Notes: a model not told the origin generated them from the letters alone. Numbered from the stretch's first letter, positions 8,059 through 16,476 are shown. The stretch is 32,000 bases of DNA from Erysipelothrix larvae (GCF_001545095.1 NZ_CP013213.1:510001-542000); one strand, 5' to 3'. Made by a program: numbers and translations.

Positions 8059-8850
8059 CTATTTTGACCTTGCTTCTTTGGCTTTAAGCGACGTAACAAG
8101 ACTGTCTGAAATTGCCTGTGCGATGGCATCTTGATGGTTCATATAAAGCGTATAGTCCGATTGATTATCAATATGAACAACTTCAAGTAACATACTTGGA
8201 ATCCCTTGTTGGGCGATGGTTTGTTGGGTTATAAATTCATCATCACTGTATACGATACTGTTTCCTGTGATCAATTGAAGTGCGTTTGATACCGCATAGT
8301 GCACGGTTAAATCAGAGTCGTTATAGGTGTTGTATATGATTTGTGTTCCTGAATATAGACCGTGTTCACTGGCATTAAAATGAATCTCAATCACAAAATC
8401 ATACGGACTAAAATCATACAATGCACCGTGGTATTTGATGTTTCGATATACATTCTCATCAAATAGTGTGACAGCACCACCTAATGTTTCAAGATTCGCT
8501 TTGATTAATGTTGCGATATATTGAATATGCGTGTGTTCATAGGACATGTCAAAAGCCACTGCACCTGAATCATAAAAACCGTGTATATCGGTGCCATGTC
8601 CCGTAATGAGGGCAATGTGAAGGGGGTTATCATGTACCTGATTTGAGATATCGATGATCTGTAGTTCTTGAGGTGTCGCTTGTGATTGTTGCGCAATGAT
8701 TTCAAGTTGACGTGTCGAATAATGTTGGTATATGCGGTAATCTTTGAGTGTTTTTAATGCGATTGGGATTGAAATAATGAGGCAGATGAGTGCACTCAAC
8801 AGTCCGAGATATGGAATTGAACGACTGATTGTTTGTTTAACTTTATGCAT
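8059..8850 (-). CDS. Membrane-anchored N-acetylmuramoyl-L-alanine amidase (Amidase_3-like)
   Basis: N-terminal TM YLGLLSALICLIISIPIAL. The blocks IALITGHGTDIHGFYDSGA, FVIEIHFNAS and PSMLLEVVHIDNQSD parallel the GHG..D.GA / SIHANA / EVGFLSN blocks of the MurNAc-LAA family. Confidence 0.65.
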   Translation of the reverse strand: MHKVKQTISRSIPYLGLLSALICLIISIPIALKTLKDYRIYQHYSTRQLEIIAQQSQATPQELQIIDISNQVHDNPLHIALITGHGTDIHGFYDSGAVAFDMSYEHTHIQYIATLIKANLETLGGAVTLFDENVYRNIKYHGALYDFSPYDFVIEIHFNASEHGLYSGTQIIYNTYNDSDLTVHYAVSNALQLITGNSIVYSDDEFITQQTIAQQGIPSMLLEVVHIDNQSDYTLYMNHQDAIAQAISDSLVTSLKAKEARSK

Positions 8851-8962
8851 GATACCACCCCCTCTGTTACCTTCAGTGTACAGGATGGTTTATTGAAGCG
8901 ACCAGATATATGATTCATGTGCATATACAGGTTTGTTATAGGGGTAAGGAGGGAAAAAAAGG

Positions 8963-9082
8963 ATGAAATTTGACCAAAAAAGAAAGGTTTTTTTGGGAAA
9001 AAGTATGAAAAACAAGATATTATCGATTCTTTTGTTTATAATATTAATTTATAGATGTTATGACATTAGGAAGGTGATCTGA
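8963..9082 (+). CDS. Candidate 39-aa small membrane protein, possibly translationally coupled to the AI-2E transporter gene
   Basis: ATG 8963 has AAGGAGGG (8946-8953) 9 nt upstream. Hand translation: MKFDQKRKVFLGKSMKNKILSILLFIILIYRCYDIRKVI. The TGA at 9080-9082 lies 2 nt before ATG 9085. It is below the length cutoff of the ORF track. Confidence 0.35.
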   Translation: MKFDQKRKVFLGKSMKNKILSILLFIILIYRCYDIRKVI

Positions 9083-9084
9083 AG

Positions 9085-10233
9085 ATGAGTTTGAAAAAAG
9101 ACGAAATAAAAGGGATGATACAGAAAAAAAGAAACCTTTGGATGTGGGGGTTACTTGGGATTGTTGTACTTTTATTCTTCATGTATGATAATCCAATCAA
9201 AGCGCAACTGGGGCGGTTTATGGGGGTTGTTTCACCGTTTATTGTTGGTATAGTGATTGCTTACCTTTTATCACGTCCAAGTGACATAATCGAGTCTTTT
9301 TTTAGAAGATCAAACCATGCGTTTATTGCAAAGAAAGCGCGTGTACTCAGTGTACTTTTGTTATATGTTGGATTAATTACAGGGATCGTGATGATTGCAC
9401 AATTTGCACTCCCTGTAATTGTGACCAATATCATTGATTTTTCAAGTCATATTTATGACTTCTACTTGCAATTTATGGATACCTTATACTATCAGGATTA
9501 CCCAACCTGGCTTGAATCCATTTTAACAACAGAGACCATCGATGCAATCATGCAAGCTTTATCCATTGAAAGCATCATTCGATCCATTGGAAATTATGCA
9601 CCCACACTGGTGCTTACAATCATCAATCTATCATCGGGAATCATTAACTTATTCATCAGTTTAATCTTTTCAATCTATATGCTTGTTTATAAAAAGAATG
9701 TGCTGGGCTTTGTGAAGCGTGTCGCGCATGTATTTATGCCTGAAAAACGGCTTTCGCAAGTGAGCATGTATATTGGAAAGTCAAGCGCAATCTTTTACCG
9801 CTTTATCTTTGCTCAATTTGTGGATGCTTGCATTTTAGGAACCCTCGCAACCCTTATGTTAACGTTGTTTGGCGTTCAATATGCCATTCTCTTTGGAGTA
9901 TTTTTAGGGTTTTGTAATATGATTCCATACTTTGGATCCATGATTGGCTCAATTCTAACAACCATCATTACCATCTTTACAGGGGGGCCTCAACTGGCCT
10001 TATTAACAGGAGTTGGGCTTTTAATCCTCCAACAAATCGACGGCAACTTTATCGGACCCCGCATTATGGGGGATTCACTTAATATTAATCCGATGTTAAT
10101 CATTGTTTCGATTACAATCGGAGGGGCTTATTTTGGAGTAGTTGGTATGTTTGTATCCGTGCCTTTAAGTGCGATTATTAAGCTGTTTGTGGATGATTTC
10201 TTGGATTATAAAGAGCGTAATCTTAAGAATTAA
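9085..10233 (+). CDS. AI-2E family transporter (PerM/UPF0118-type permease)
   Basis: Polytopic membrane protein with the characteristic C-terminal block NMIPYFGSMIGS...LQQIDGNFIGPRIMGDSLNINPMLIIVSI..GG..FGVVGMFVSVP. Confidence 0.88.
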   Translation: MSLKKDEIKGMIQKKRNLWMWGLLGIVVLLFFMYDNPIKAQLGRFMGVVSPFIVGIVIAYLLSRPSDIIESFFRRSNHAFIAKKARVLSVLLLYVGLITGIVMIAQFALPVIVTNIIDFSSHIYDFYLQFMDTLYYQDYPTWLESILTTETIDAIMQALSIESIIRSIGNYAPTLVLTIINLSSGIINLFISLIFSIYMLVYKKNVLGFVKRVAHVFMPEKRLSQVSMYIGKSSAIFYRFIFAQFVDACILGTLATLMLTLFGVQYAILFGVFLGFCNMIPYFGSMIGSILTTIITIFTGGPQLALLTGVGLLILQQIDGNFIGPRIMGDSLNINPMLIIVSITIGGAYFGVVGMFVSVPLSAIIKLFVDDFLDYKERNLKN

Positions 10234-10334
10234 TGCAACAAAATAGTGTTACAATCCAGCGACCATATCACCAATATCTATGAACATAAATACGCCACTA
10301 TAAAAAATCTTCAAGTAGAAGGAGAAAATAAGCT

Positions 10335-10398
10335 TATACATTTCTGAAGTTCAGTGATATAATCTGAGTTACAAACAGTACTTAGCTGTCTGTATAAT
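10335..10398 (+). promoter_or_regulatory. Two tandem promoter-like elements upstream of 10439
   Basis: Extended -10 TGATATAAT (10355-10363) with a weak -35 TATACA (10335-10340). Second element: TTACAA (10369-10374), 18 nt, TATAAT (10393-10398). Confidence 0.4.
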
Positions 10399-10438
10399 GA
10401 TAGAGAATTTTTATAACCTGAACTGGAGATGTTAAACA

Positions 10439-11029
10439 ATGAAATCAATCTACATCTTACTTACACGCTCAAAGACTGCGGTGTCAAAAATGATATATCA
10501 AGTAACTCAAGATGCTTATACGCATGTATCGATTTCCTTTGAACCATCACTTCAACCGATGTATAGTTTTGCACGTAAATACAACTATACACCCTTACCT
10601 GCGGGCCTTAAGGATGAAGACTTGGACAACGGGTTCTATAAGCGTTTTGAAAATATCCCGTGTGCGTTGTATGAGCTTAACGTTGACGAAGACGTTTACG
10701 AAAAGGCGAAAGCGCATGTGGAGAGTATGAAACTCCAAATGGATGAATATCGATTCAGCCTCTTTGGCCTTGTTATGTGTAAGTTCAACATTCCCTACGA
10801 AAGAGAAAACTACTATTTCTGTTCACAATTCGTTGGGGAAATCTTGGCATCATGTGGTGCTTTAGACTTACCAAAACCACCAACCTTAATGCGTCCTGCA
10901 GATTACATGGAGTTTTCTGAATTGAAGTGTATCTTTGAAGGGGATGTGAAACGCCTTCGGACGGAATATCGAAAAGTTGAAGACAAGGATGAACCATCCA
11001 GTATCTTAAACTTCTTAAGAATGAGATAA
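10439..11029 (+). CDS. Hypothetical protein, likely a permuted papain-like (YiiX/NlpC-P60 superfamily) enzyme
   Basis: His-before-Cys arrangement typical of permuted papain-fold amidases: YTHVSISF near the N-terminus and YYFCSQFVGEIL later. No signal peptide or TM. Confidence 0.45.
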   Translation: MKSIYILLTRSKTAVSKMIYQVTQDAYTHVSISFEPSLQPMYSFARKYNYTPLPAGLKDEDLDNGFYKRFENIPCALYELNVDEDVYEKAKAHVESMKLQMDEYRFSLFGLVMCKFNIPYERENYYFCSQFVGEILASCGALDLPKPPTLMRPADYMEFSELKCIFEGDVKRLRTEYRKVEDKDEPSSILNFLRMR

Positions 11030-11052
11030 AAAAGCAGCTAAATGCTGCTTTT
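11028..11052. terminator. Bidirectional terminator between convergent genes
   Basis: Perfect 9-bp stem AAAAGCAGC (11030-11038) / GCTGCTTTT (11044-11052) with loop TAAAT and A/T runs on both sides. It overlaps the stop codon of the kinase gene. Confidence 0.75.
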
Positions 11053-12093
11053 GATGTTTATGGGGAGCTTGACTTCAAAAATTGTAATGTCTTCATTGGA
11101 TTGTTTGATGCGAATGGTACCTTGATGAAGATCAACGATTCGTTTAGCTAAAGGGAGTCCAAGGCCATTGCCTTCTGTGGTGCGTGAACGATCTGATTGA
11201 TAGAATTTCTCAAAGACACGGTTCCATACATTAAAGGGGATGGGTTCACCACTGTTTGAGATGAGGACGGATACCATCGCATCTACGTGTGTGATTTCAA
11301 TTTTAATTTCAGAGCCTTTTGGTGCAAATTTAATGGCGTTGGTTAACACGTTTATCCAAACTTGCTTCAACATTTCTTCATTGCCTTCAATGGTGATTTC
11401 ATCACTATCAAAATCAAGTGTCAACTGTTTGGGTTCCCATCGATTTTCTAATAACACGATAATCAAGCGGATTTGTTCGGTTAAATTAAAAGGTGTAACG
11501 TCTTTTAAGATGCGTTGATGCTCAAGACTTGAGAGATTTAAAATATTGGTGGATAGATCGGTAAGCCGTTCGGACTCAGTAATGATAATATCAAGATATT
11601 CAGTACGTTGAGCTTGTGTAAGGTCATCGTTTTTTAATATTTTCGCAAATCCTTGAATGGAAACAATCGGGGTTTTAAATTCATGGGATAAGTTGTTTAC
11701 AAAATCAGAGCGTAACATTTCAGTGCTTTCGAGTTCGTGTGCCATGTGATTGAAACTGTTGGTGAGTGTGTTGAATACATCCGGGCCCCTTAAATAGATG
11801 CGCGTTGAGAAATCACCTTTTGCGAGGTTATCAATGGCATTCACCAAGCTTTCGACTGGACGCATTGGAATGCGACTGAGGATGAAGGACACAAGGGTAC
11901 CAACAAGTACGGTCGCTGCCATAAAGGAGAAAAGTGAAAACCCTCCAAGTCCAGGATACCACTTAAAAAAAATTCTAAATAAGTGGGTTACAATAAACAT
12001 GAGTAACATTGTGATAAACATGAAGACAAAAAAAGTGAATGAGAAGAGGATTTTAAGTGAAATTCTCTTGAGTAATTGTTTGCATTTATTCAA
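11038..12093 (-). CDS. Sensor histidine kinase, intramembrane-sensing type (two TMs with a ~12-aa loop, HAMP, HisKA, HATPase)
   Basis: H-box SHEFKTPIVSIQGF, N-box LTNAIKFAP, G-box GNGLGLPLAKRIV. The two N-terminal hydrophobic helices are separated only by RIFFKWYPGLGG. TTG start at 12093 overlaps the RR stop by 8 nt. Confidence 0.9.
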   Translation of the reverse strand: MNKCKQLLKRISLKILFSFTFFVFMFITMLLMFIVTHLFRIFFKWYPGLGGFSLFSFMAATVLVGTLVSFILSRIPMRPVESLVNAIDNLAKGDFSTRIYLRGPDVFNTLTNSFNHMAHELESTEMLRSDFVNNLSHEFKTPIVSIQGFAKILKNDDLTQAQRTEYLDIIITESERLTDLSTNILNLSSLEHQRILKDVTPFNLTEQIRLIIVLLENRWEPKQLTLDFDSDEITIEGNEEMLKQVWINVLTNAIKFAPKGSEIKIEITHVDAMVSVLISNSGEPIPFNVWNRVFEKFYQSDRSRTTEGNGLGLPLAKRIVDLHQGTIRIKQSNEDITIFEVKLPINIKSSI

Positions 12094-12763
12094 CGTGCTT
12101 CACCACCTTATAACCAATGCCACGGATTGCGACAATGTCGAATTCAGGGAATCCTTCACAGCGCTTTCGCAACCGTGTAATGTGAACATTTACGGTTGTA
12201 TCCAGTGAATCGGAATCCATCCCCCATATCTCGTCCATTAATTGAAGGCGTGTAAATATCTTATTGGGATTGGATAGGAGCTTATACAGTAAATAGAACT
12301 CCTTTTGAGGCAGTGTTTGGCTCTCGTTATTACGAGTCAGGGTCAATGCGTCATAATCAAGGGTTACTTTACCGATGGTGAGTTTATGCTCGTTGGTAAT
12401 TTGTGCACGACGAAGCAGTGCTTTAATTCGAAGCAACATTTCATCCTCATTGACAGGTTTCACCATATAATCATCAGTACCAACCAAAAATCCTTTGCAT
12501 TTTTCTTCAGGAAGTTGTTTAGCAGTCACCATTAAGATGGGGGTTTGATCCCCACTTTTTCTCAGTTCGTCGGTAAATTCATACCCATCCATAACGGGCA
12601 TCATCACATCCAATAGGATTAAGTCAATGTGTTGTGAGTCAATGAAGTCTAAGGCCTCTTGACCATTACTCACATGATCCACCTCATAACCGGCTCGATT
12701 AAGGACTGTTTGCATGAGTAAGGCTGTATTACTGTTATCTTCTACCACCAATATTTTAAACAT
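12086..12763 (-). CDS. OmpR/PhoB-family response regulator
   Basis: Receiver domain MFKILVVEDN...DLILLDVMMPVMDGYEF...MVTAK, followed by a winged-helix C-terminus LTxKEFxLLxxL-like (LPQKEFYLLYKLL...VNVHITRLRKR). AAGGAGGG lies upstream of ATG 12763. Confidence 0.92.
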   Translation of the reverse strand: MFKILVVEDNSNTALLMQTVLNRAGYEVDHVSNGQEALDFIDSQHIDLILLDVMMPVMDGYEFTDELRKSGDQTPILMVTAKQLPEEKCKGFLVGTDDYMVKPVNEDEMLLRIKALLRRAQITNEHKLTIGKVTLDYDALTLTRNNESQTLPQKEFYLLYKLLSNPNKIFTRLQLMDEIWGMDSDSLDTTVNVHITRLRKRCEGFPEFDIVAIRGIGYKVVKHVE

Positions 12764-12790
12764 AAAAACGCACCCTCCTTTATACGATTC

Positions 12791-12799
12791 ATTATACCA
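12791..12799 (-). promoter_or_regulatory. Extended -10 element (TGGTATAAT on the minus strand) for the RR-HK operon
   Basis: The reverse complement of 12791-12799 is TGGTATAAT, about 28 nt upstream of ATG 12763. There is no good -35. Confidence 0.45.
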
Positions 12800-12805
12800 T
12801 CATAG

Positions 12806-12854
12806 ATTAACTAAACATTAACGAATTCCTTTTCAAAGTTAATTTTCAGTTAAC
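12806..12854. promoter_or_regulatory. Four helically phased TTAAY boxes, a candidate response-regulator binding array in the divergent control region
   Basis: ATTAAC at 12806-12811 and 12817-12822 (11-nt period). GTTAAT at 12838-12843 and GTTAAC at 12849-12854 (11-nt period). The two pairs are offset by 21 nt, so all four sit on one helical face. Confidence 0.45.
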
Positions 12855-12911
12855 ATACATAGCGTACACTGAGTATGTTCAAAAAGAACAAGCAGCTGGG
12901 AGGAATTGATT

Positions 12912-15623
12912 TTGTTACAGATAAAAGATATACGTAAAAAGTATGTAACGGGTGACTTAACACAGATTGCACTTGACGGTGTAAGCTTTAACCTTCGCGA
13001 TAGCGAAATGGTTGCGATTTTAGGTCAAAGTGGATCCGGTAAAACCACGACATTAAATATTATCGGTGGTTTGGATCACTATGATTCAGGTGATATTATC
13101 ATCAATGGCATTTCCACCAAAAACTATACAGACCGTGATTGGGATTCATATCGTAATCATACAGTAGGGTTTGTATTTCAAAGCTATAACTTAATTCCAC
13201 ATCAAACAATTTTGTCGAATGTTGAATTGGCGCTGACAATTTCAGGTGTTTCAAATGCTGAGCGTAAAAAACGTGCGATTAAAGCGTTGGAAGATGTTGG
13301 ATTAGGCACTCAAGTACACAAAAAGCCAAATCAGATGTCTGGTGGTCAAATGCAACGTGTTGCGATTGCGCGCGCACTTGTCAATGATCCAGATATTTTG
13401 CTTGCTGATGAGCCAACGGGTGCACTTGATAGTGAAACAAGCGTTGTGGTCATGGACTTACTGAAAGAAATCGCTAAAGATCGACTCGTTGTACTTGTAA
13501 CGCATAATCAAGAACTTGCTGAAGCGTATGCAACACGAATTATTCGACTCCATGACGGTCAGATTGTGAGTGATTCAAACCCATTAATCGTTGATGAAAC
13601 AAAACTTGAAGCACCTAAGCATAAAAACCTTGGGAAGACTTCAATGTCATTTAGAACAGCCTTATCACTAAGTTTTAATAATCTTCGGACAAAGATGGGT
13701 CGGACCTTCTTGACTTCCTTTGCAGGCTCGATTGGTATTATTGGTATTGCGTTAATTCTGTCCTTATCCTCAGGAGTTAATGCGTACATTGATAGTATTC
13801 AACGTGACACAATGGCGTCTTATCCGATAACATTGCAATCACAATCTATGGATTTGAGTAGTATTCTAAGTGCTGGACCCCCAACACAATCTTCATCAGG
13901 GAATACAGATCGTGACAGAATCTATTCCAACAGTACTGCTTTAGAAATGGTAAATCAGGCAACGTCAAGTATTCGTGAGAATAACTTAACGGAATTTAAG
14001 AAATATTTGGATGATCCAGAGAGTGAAATTCATGCTTTTGTGGGTGAGAATGGTATTATTTTCTCCTATGATGTCGCTTTTACAGCCTATGCATTTGATC
14101 CAGATGGAAATCGTGTCAACACGGATGGAAGCACTTTTGAAGATGATTCAGATACGATGTTTGGTTCAAGACAAGCAAGTGGTCCAATGGCTCAATTTAT
14201 GACATCATCAAATTTTGTGGAATTAATCCATGGAAATGATGATTTAGTGGGACAAATTGTACTTGATAACTATCAATTACTTGAAGGTGCGTGGCCTAAA
14301 CAATACGATGAAGTGGTCTTGGTAGTAGATCAAAACAACGAAATTTCATTGACGGCATTGTTTGAACTGGGTATTTTACCATCTGAAGATTATAAAGAAA
14401 TCTTAGATAAAATCGACAATGGTGAAGAAATCGAGTTTGAAGAAAAAAACTTTAGCTATGAAGAAATCATGAAACAAGAATTTGTCATGATTCCTGCAAG
14501 TCACTTCTATGAAGAAGGTGAAGACGGACTCTTTACCGATATTAGTGATAATGAAGAAAAGCTTGAAGCCTTAATTGATAACAGTGTGCGTCTTAAAATA
14601 TCAGGGGTTATTAGTCCTGTAGAAGATGCATCGTATCAAGATATCAATGGTGTCATTGGCTATACACGTGCCCTTACAGATTATGTTATTGAAGAAACAA
14701 ATAATGCTCCAGTTGTGAAGGCGCAAGAAGCAAACCCTGATAAAAATATCTTGAATGGGTTACTGTTTGAACCAAAAGATGATGCAGCTAAGATTGAAGA
14801 TGCTTCAGAATATCTTGCCCGTATGGGTGTGTCGGATAAAGCAACACTGTTTAGAAGTATGCTTCGTCTGATTTATGCGGATGATCCTCAAATGATGGCG
14901 CAACTTTCTTCATTGAGTGAAATCGAACAAGCAGCAATGCTTGACCAATACCTACAAAACCCAGAAGATGACGTCTTGCTTCAAATCTATGAGACATATA
15001 TCTCAACAGGAAGCTTTGATGACAATATGAGTGCATTTGGGGTTGTAAGTCTTGATGCTCCAGCATCGATCAGTATTTATGCCGATAGCTTTGAAGATAA
15101 AGACGGCATCACACAAAGCATAGCGAACTATAACGAAACGGTAAGTGCAGAAAATCAGATTACATTCACCGATTATGTTGGACTGCTTATGTCTTCTGTC
15201 ACAACAATCGTCAATGTTGTGTCCTATGTGTTGATTGCCTTTGTAGCGGTATCCTTGGTTGTATCTTCAATCATGATTGGAATCATTACCTTTATCTCAG
15301 TTCTTGAACGAACCAAAGAAATCGGAATCCTTCGTGCAATTGGTGCATCCAAGCGCAACATTTCCAATGTATTTAATGCTGAGACATTTATTATTGGTCT
15401 GTTCTCTGGCCTCTTAGGAATTGGAATTACATTATTGCTATTGATACCTATTAACTCAATCATTCATTCGGTGACAGGAACCACTGCAGTTAATGCAGCC
15501 CTACCGGTTGAAAGTGCTGGTATTCTTGTATTACTTAGCTTATCACTGACAGTAATTGCAGGACTTATTCCAGCAAGTAAAGCGGCGAAGAAAGATCCAG
15601 TAATTGCATTACGCAGTGAGTAA
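12912..15623 (+). CDS. Fused ABC transporter: N-terminal ATPase plus C-terminal FtsX/MacB-type permease with a very large extracytoplasmic domain
   Basis: Walker A GQSGSGKTT, signature MSGGQMQRVAIARAL, Walker B ILLADEPTGALD, H-loop VTHN. First TM at about nt 13700-13780 and three TMs after about nt 15200, with an FtsX-like C-terminus (ERTKEIGILRAIGASKRNI). The second TTG at 12912 is preferred because GGGAGGA (12898-12904) lies 7 nt upstream. The track start at TTG 12906 is too close to the SD. Confidence 0.9.
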   Translation: MLQIKDIRKKYVTGDLTQIALDGVSFNLRDSEMVAILGQSGSGKTTTLNIIGGLDHYDSGDIIINGISTKNYTDRDWDSYRNHTVGFVFQSYNLIPHQTILSNVELALTISGVSNAERKKRAIKALEDVGLGTQVHKKPNQMSGGQMQRVAIARALVNDPDILLADEPTGALDSETSVVVMDLLKEIAKDRLVVLVTHNQELAEAYATRIIRLHDGQIVSDSNPLIVDETKLEAPKHKNLGKTSMSFRTALSLSFNNLRTKMGRTFLTSFAGSIGIIGIALILSLSSGVNAYIDSIQRDTMASYPITLQSQSMDLSSILSAGPPTQSSSGNTDRDRIYSNSTALEMVNQATSSIRENNLTEFKKYLDDPESEIHAFVGENGIIFSYDVAFTAYAFDPDGNRVNTDGSTFEDDSDTMFGSRQASGPMAQFMTSSNFVELIHGNDDLVGQIVLDNYQLLEGAWPKQYDEVVLVVDQNNEISLTALFELGILPSEDYKEILDKIDNGEEIEFEEKNFSYEEIMKQEFVMIPASHFYEEGEDGLFTDISDNEEKLEALIDNSVRLKISGVISPVEDASYQDINGVIGYTRALTDYVIEETNNAPVVKAQEANPDKNILNGLLFEPKDDAAKIEDASEYLARMGVSDKATLFRSMLRLIYADDPQMMAQLSSLSEIEQAAMLDQYLQNPEDDVLLQIYETYISTGSFDDNMSAFGVVSLDAPASISIYADSFEDKDGITQSIANYNETVSAENQITFTDYVGLLMSSVTTIVNVVSYVLIAFVAVSLVVSSIMIGIITFISVLERTKEIGILRAIGASKRNISNVFNAETFIIGLFSGLLGIGITLLLLIPINSIIHSVTGTTAVNAALPVESAGILVLLSLSLTVIAGLIPASKAAKKDPVIALRSE

Positions 15624-15658
15624 TGACGACACAGATTTAAAACCATCAATAAGAACCC

Positions 15659-15691
15659 AAGAGTATGACTTCATAAAAGTCATACTCTTTT
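15659..15691 (+). terminator. Rho-independent terminator after the ABC gene
   Basis: Perfect 13-bp stem AAGAGTATGACTT (15659-15671) / AAGTCATACTCTT (15677-15689) running into TTTT. Confidence 0.85.
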
Positions 15692-15946
15692 CACACTCAA
15701 ACGCATACATAAATCACAACTAAGTGAAAGACCTATAGTATAATAAAAGTGATAAAAAGTCTTTAGGATTGTTCGTTTTAAAACGGCAATACGTTCAACG
15801 CACACACTCCAATGCGTATGTCTTTGTATCGGTGTGTTTGTACGGTGAAGCCACTGATTTATTTATAAGGGTTGATTAAGGGGATCGTTGCTATTTTATT
15901 GGGAAGCGTGCTTGAGTAACTATCATGAATGAAAGGGAGTGATTTT

Positions 15947-16438
15947 TTGAAAAATGATCGAAAGGTTCTGGGTACATCATCACACTGTAAGAAGGTACAG
16001 CACCATGATGCAATTAAAGAGCTTGTGGCATGTCAAAAGGCGTTTGATACCTTGTGTTTTAATGCAGTGATGGTTCACATGTCTTATGATGATCAAATAG
16101 AACTTCAAAAACTCGTGATGCAAATGAGTCATGCTCACCATCATCAATGTCTGGATGCGTTTGAACGCGGGATTGAGATGTTTTACACCGCATTGTATGA
16201 TATCAGCAGGATGAAACATTTGAAGGTAATCAGTGAAGAAACACGCAAACACACCCATCAATGTAGAGTATCGATGATGACATGCTTTGAACACAGACAA
16301 ACCTTTTTAGAAGATGCGTTAGATATCTATCACAGTTTGTGTAACAAAGATGCACAACGACTCGAAAACAGCATTGAAAAAGCGCTCATGTCCATTATGC
16401 ATTACCATTTATCTACTAAGACAATGCACATCACTTGA
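15947..16438 (+). CDS. Hypothetical His/Cys/Met-rich all-alpha protein (possible metal-binding protein)
   Basis: 170-codon open frame (track start 15929) in AT-rich DNA. The in-frame TTG at 15947 has GGGAG (15935-15939) 7 nt upstream, whereas ATG 15929 has no SD, so either start is possible. It has its own terminator downstream. I recognised no family. Confidence 0.55.
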   Translation: MKNDRKVLGTSSHCKKVQHHDAIKELVACQKAFDTLCFNAVMVHMSYDDQIELQKLVMQMSHAHHHQCLDAFERGIEMFYTALYDISRMKHLKVISEETRKHTHQCRVSMMTCFEHRQTFLEDALDIYHSLCNKDAQRLENSIEKALMSIMHYHLSTKTMHIT

Positions 16439-16445
16439 AAGGATC

Positions 16446-16476
16446 AGCAGGGACGCGTGTTCTTGCTTTTTATTTT
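16446..16476 (+). terminator. Probable terminator after the His-rich gene
   Basis: 8-bp stem AGCAGGGA (16446-16453) / TTCTTGCT (16460-16467) with two G-U pairs, followed by TTTTTATTTT. Confidence 0.5.

Noticed and set aside
6133-15711. Single ATACATA copies at 6133-6139 (coding), 12855-12861 and 15705-15711 as further sites for the factor that may bind the triple repeat
   Set aside because: Several isolated copies of this AT-rich heptamer are expected by chance in 32 kb. Only the phased triplet at 7937-7975 stands out.
15980-16300. 106-aa minus-strand His/Met-rich ORF antisense to the His-rich gene
   Set aside because: Its His/Met richness mirrors the + strand, because CAT and ATG are reverse complements. 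It is shorter, has no SD, and the flanking promoter and terminator signals are oriented for the + strand. It remains a caveat on that gene call.
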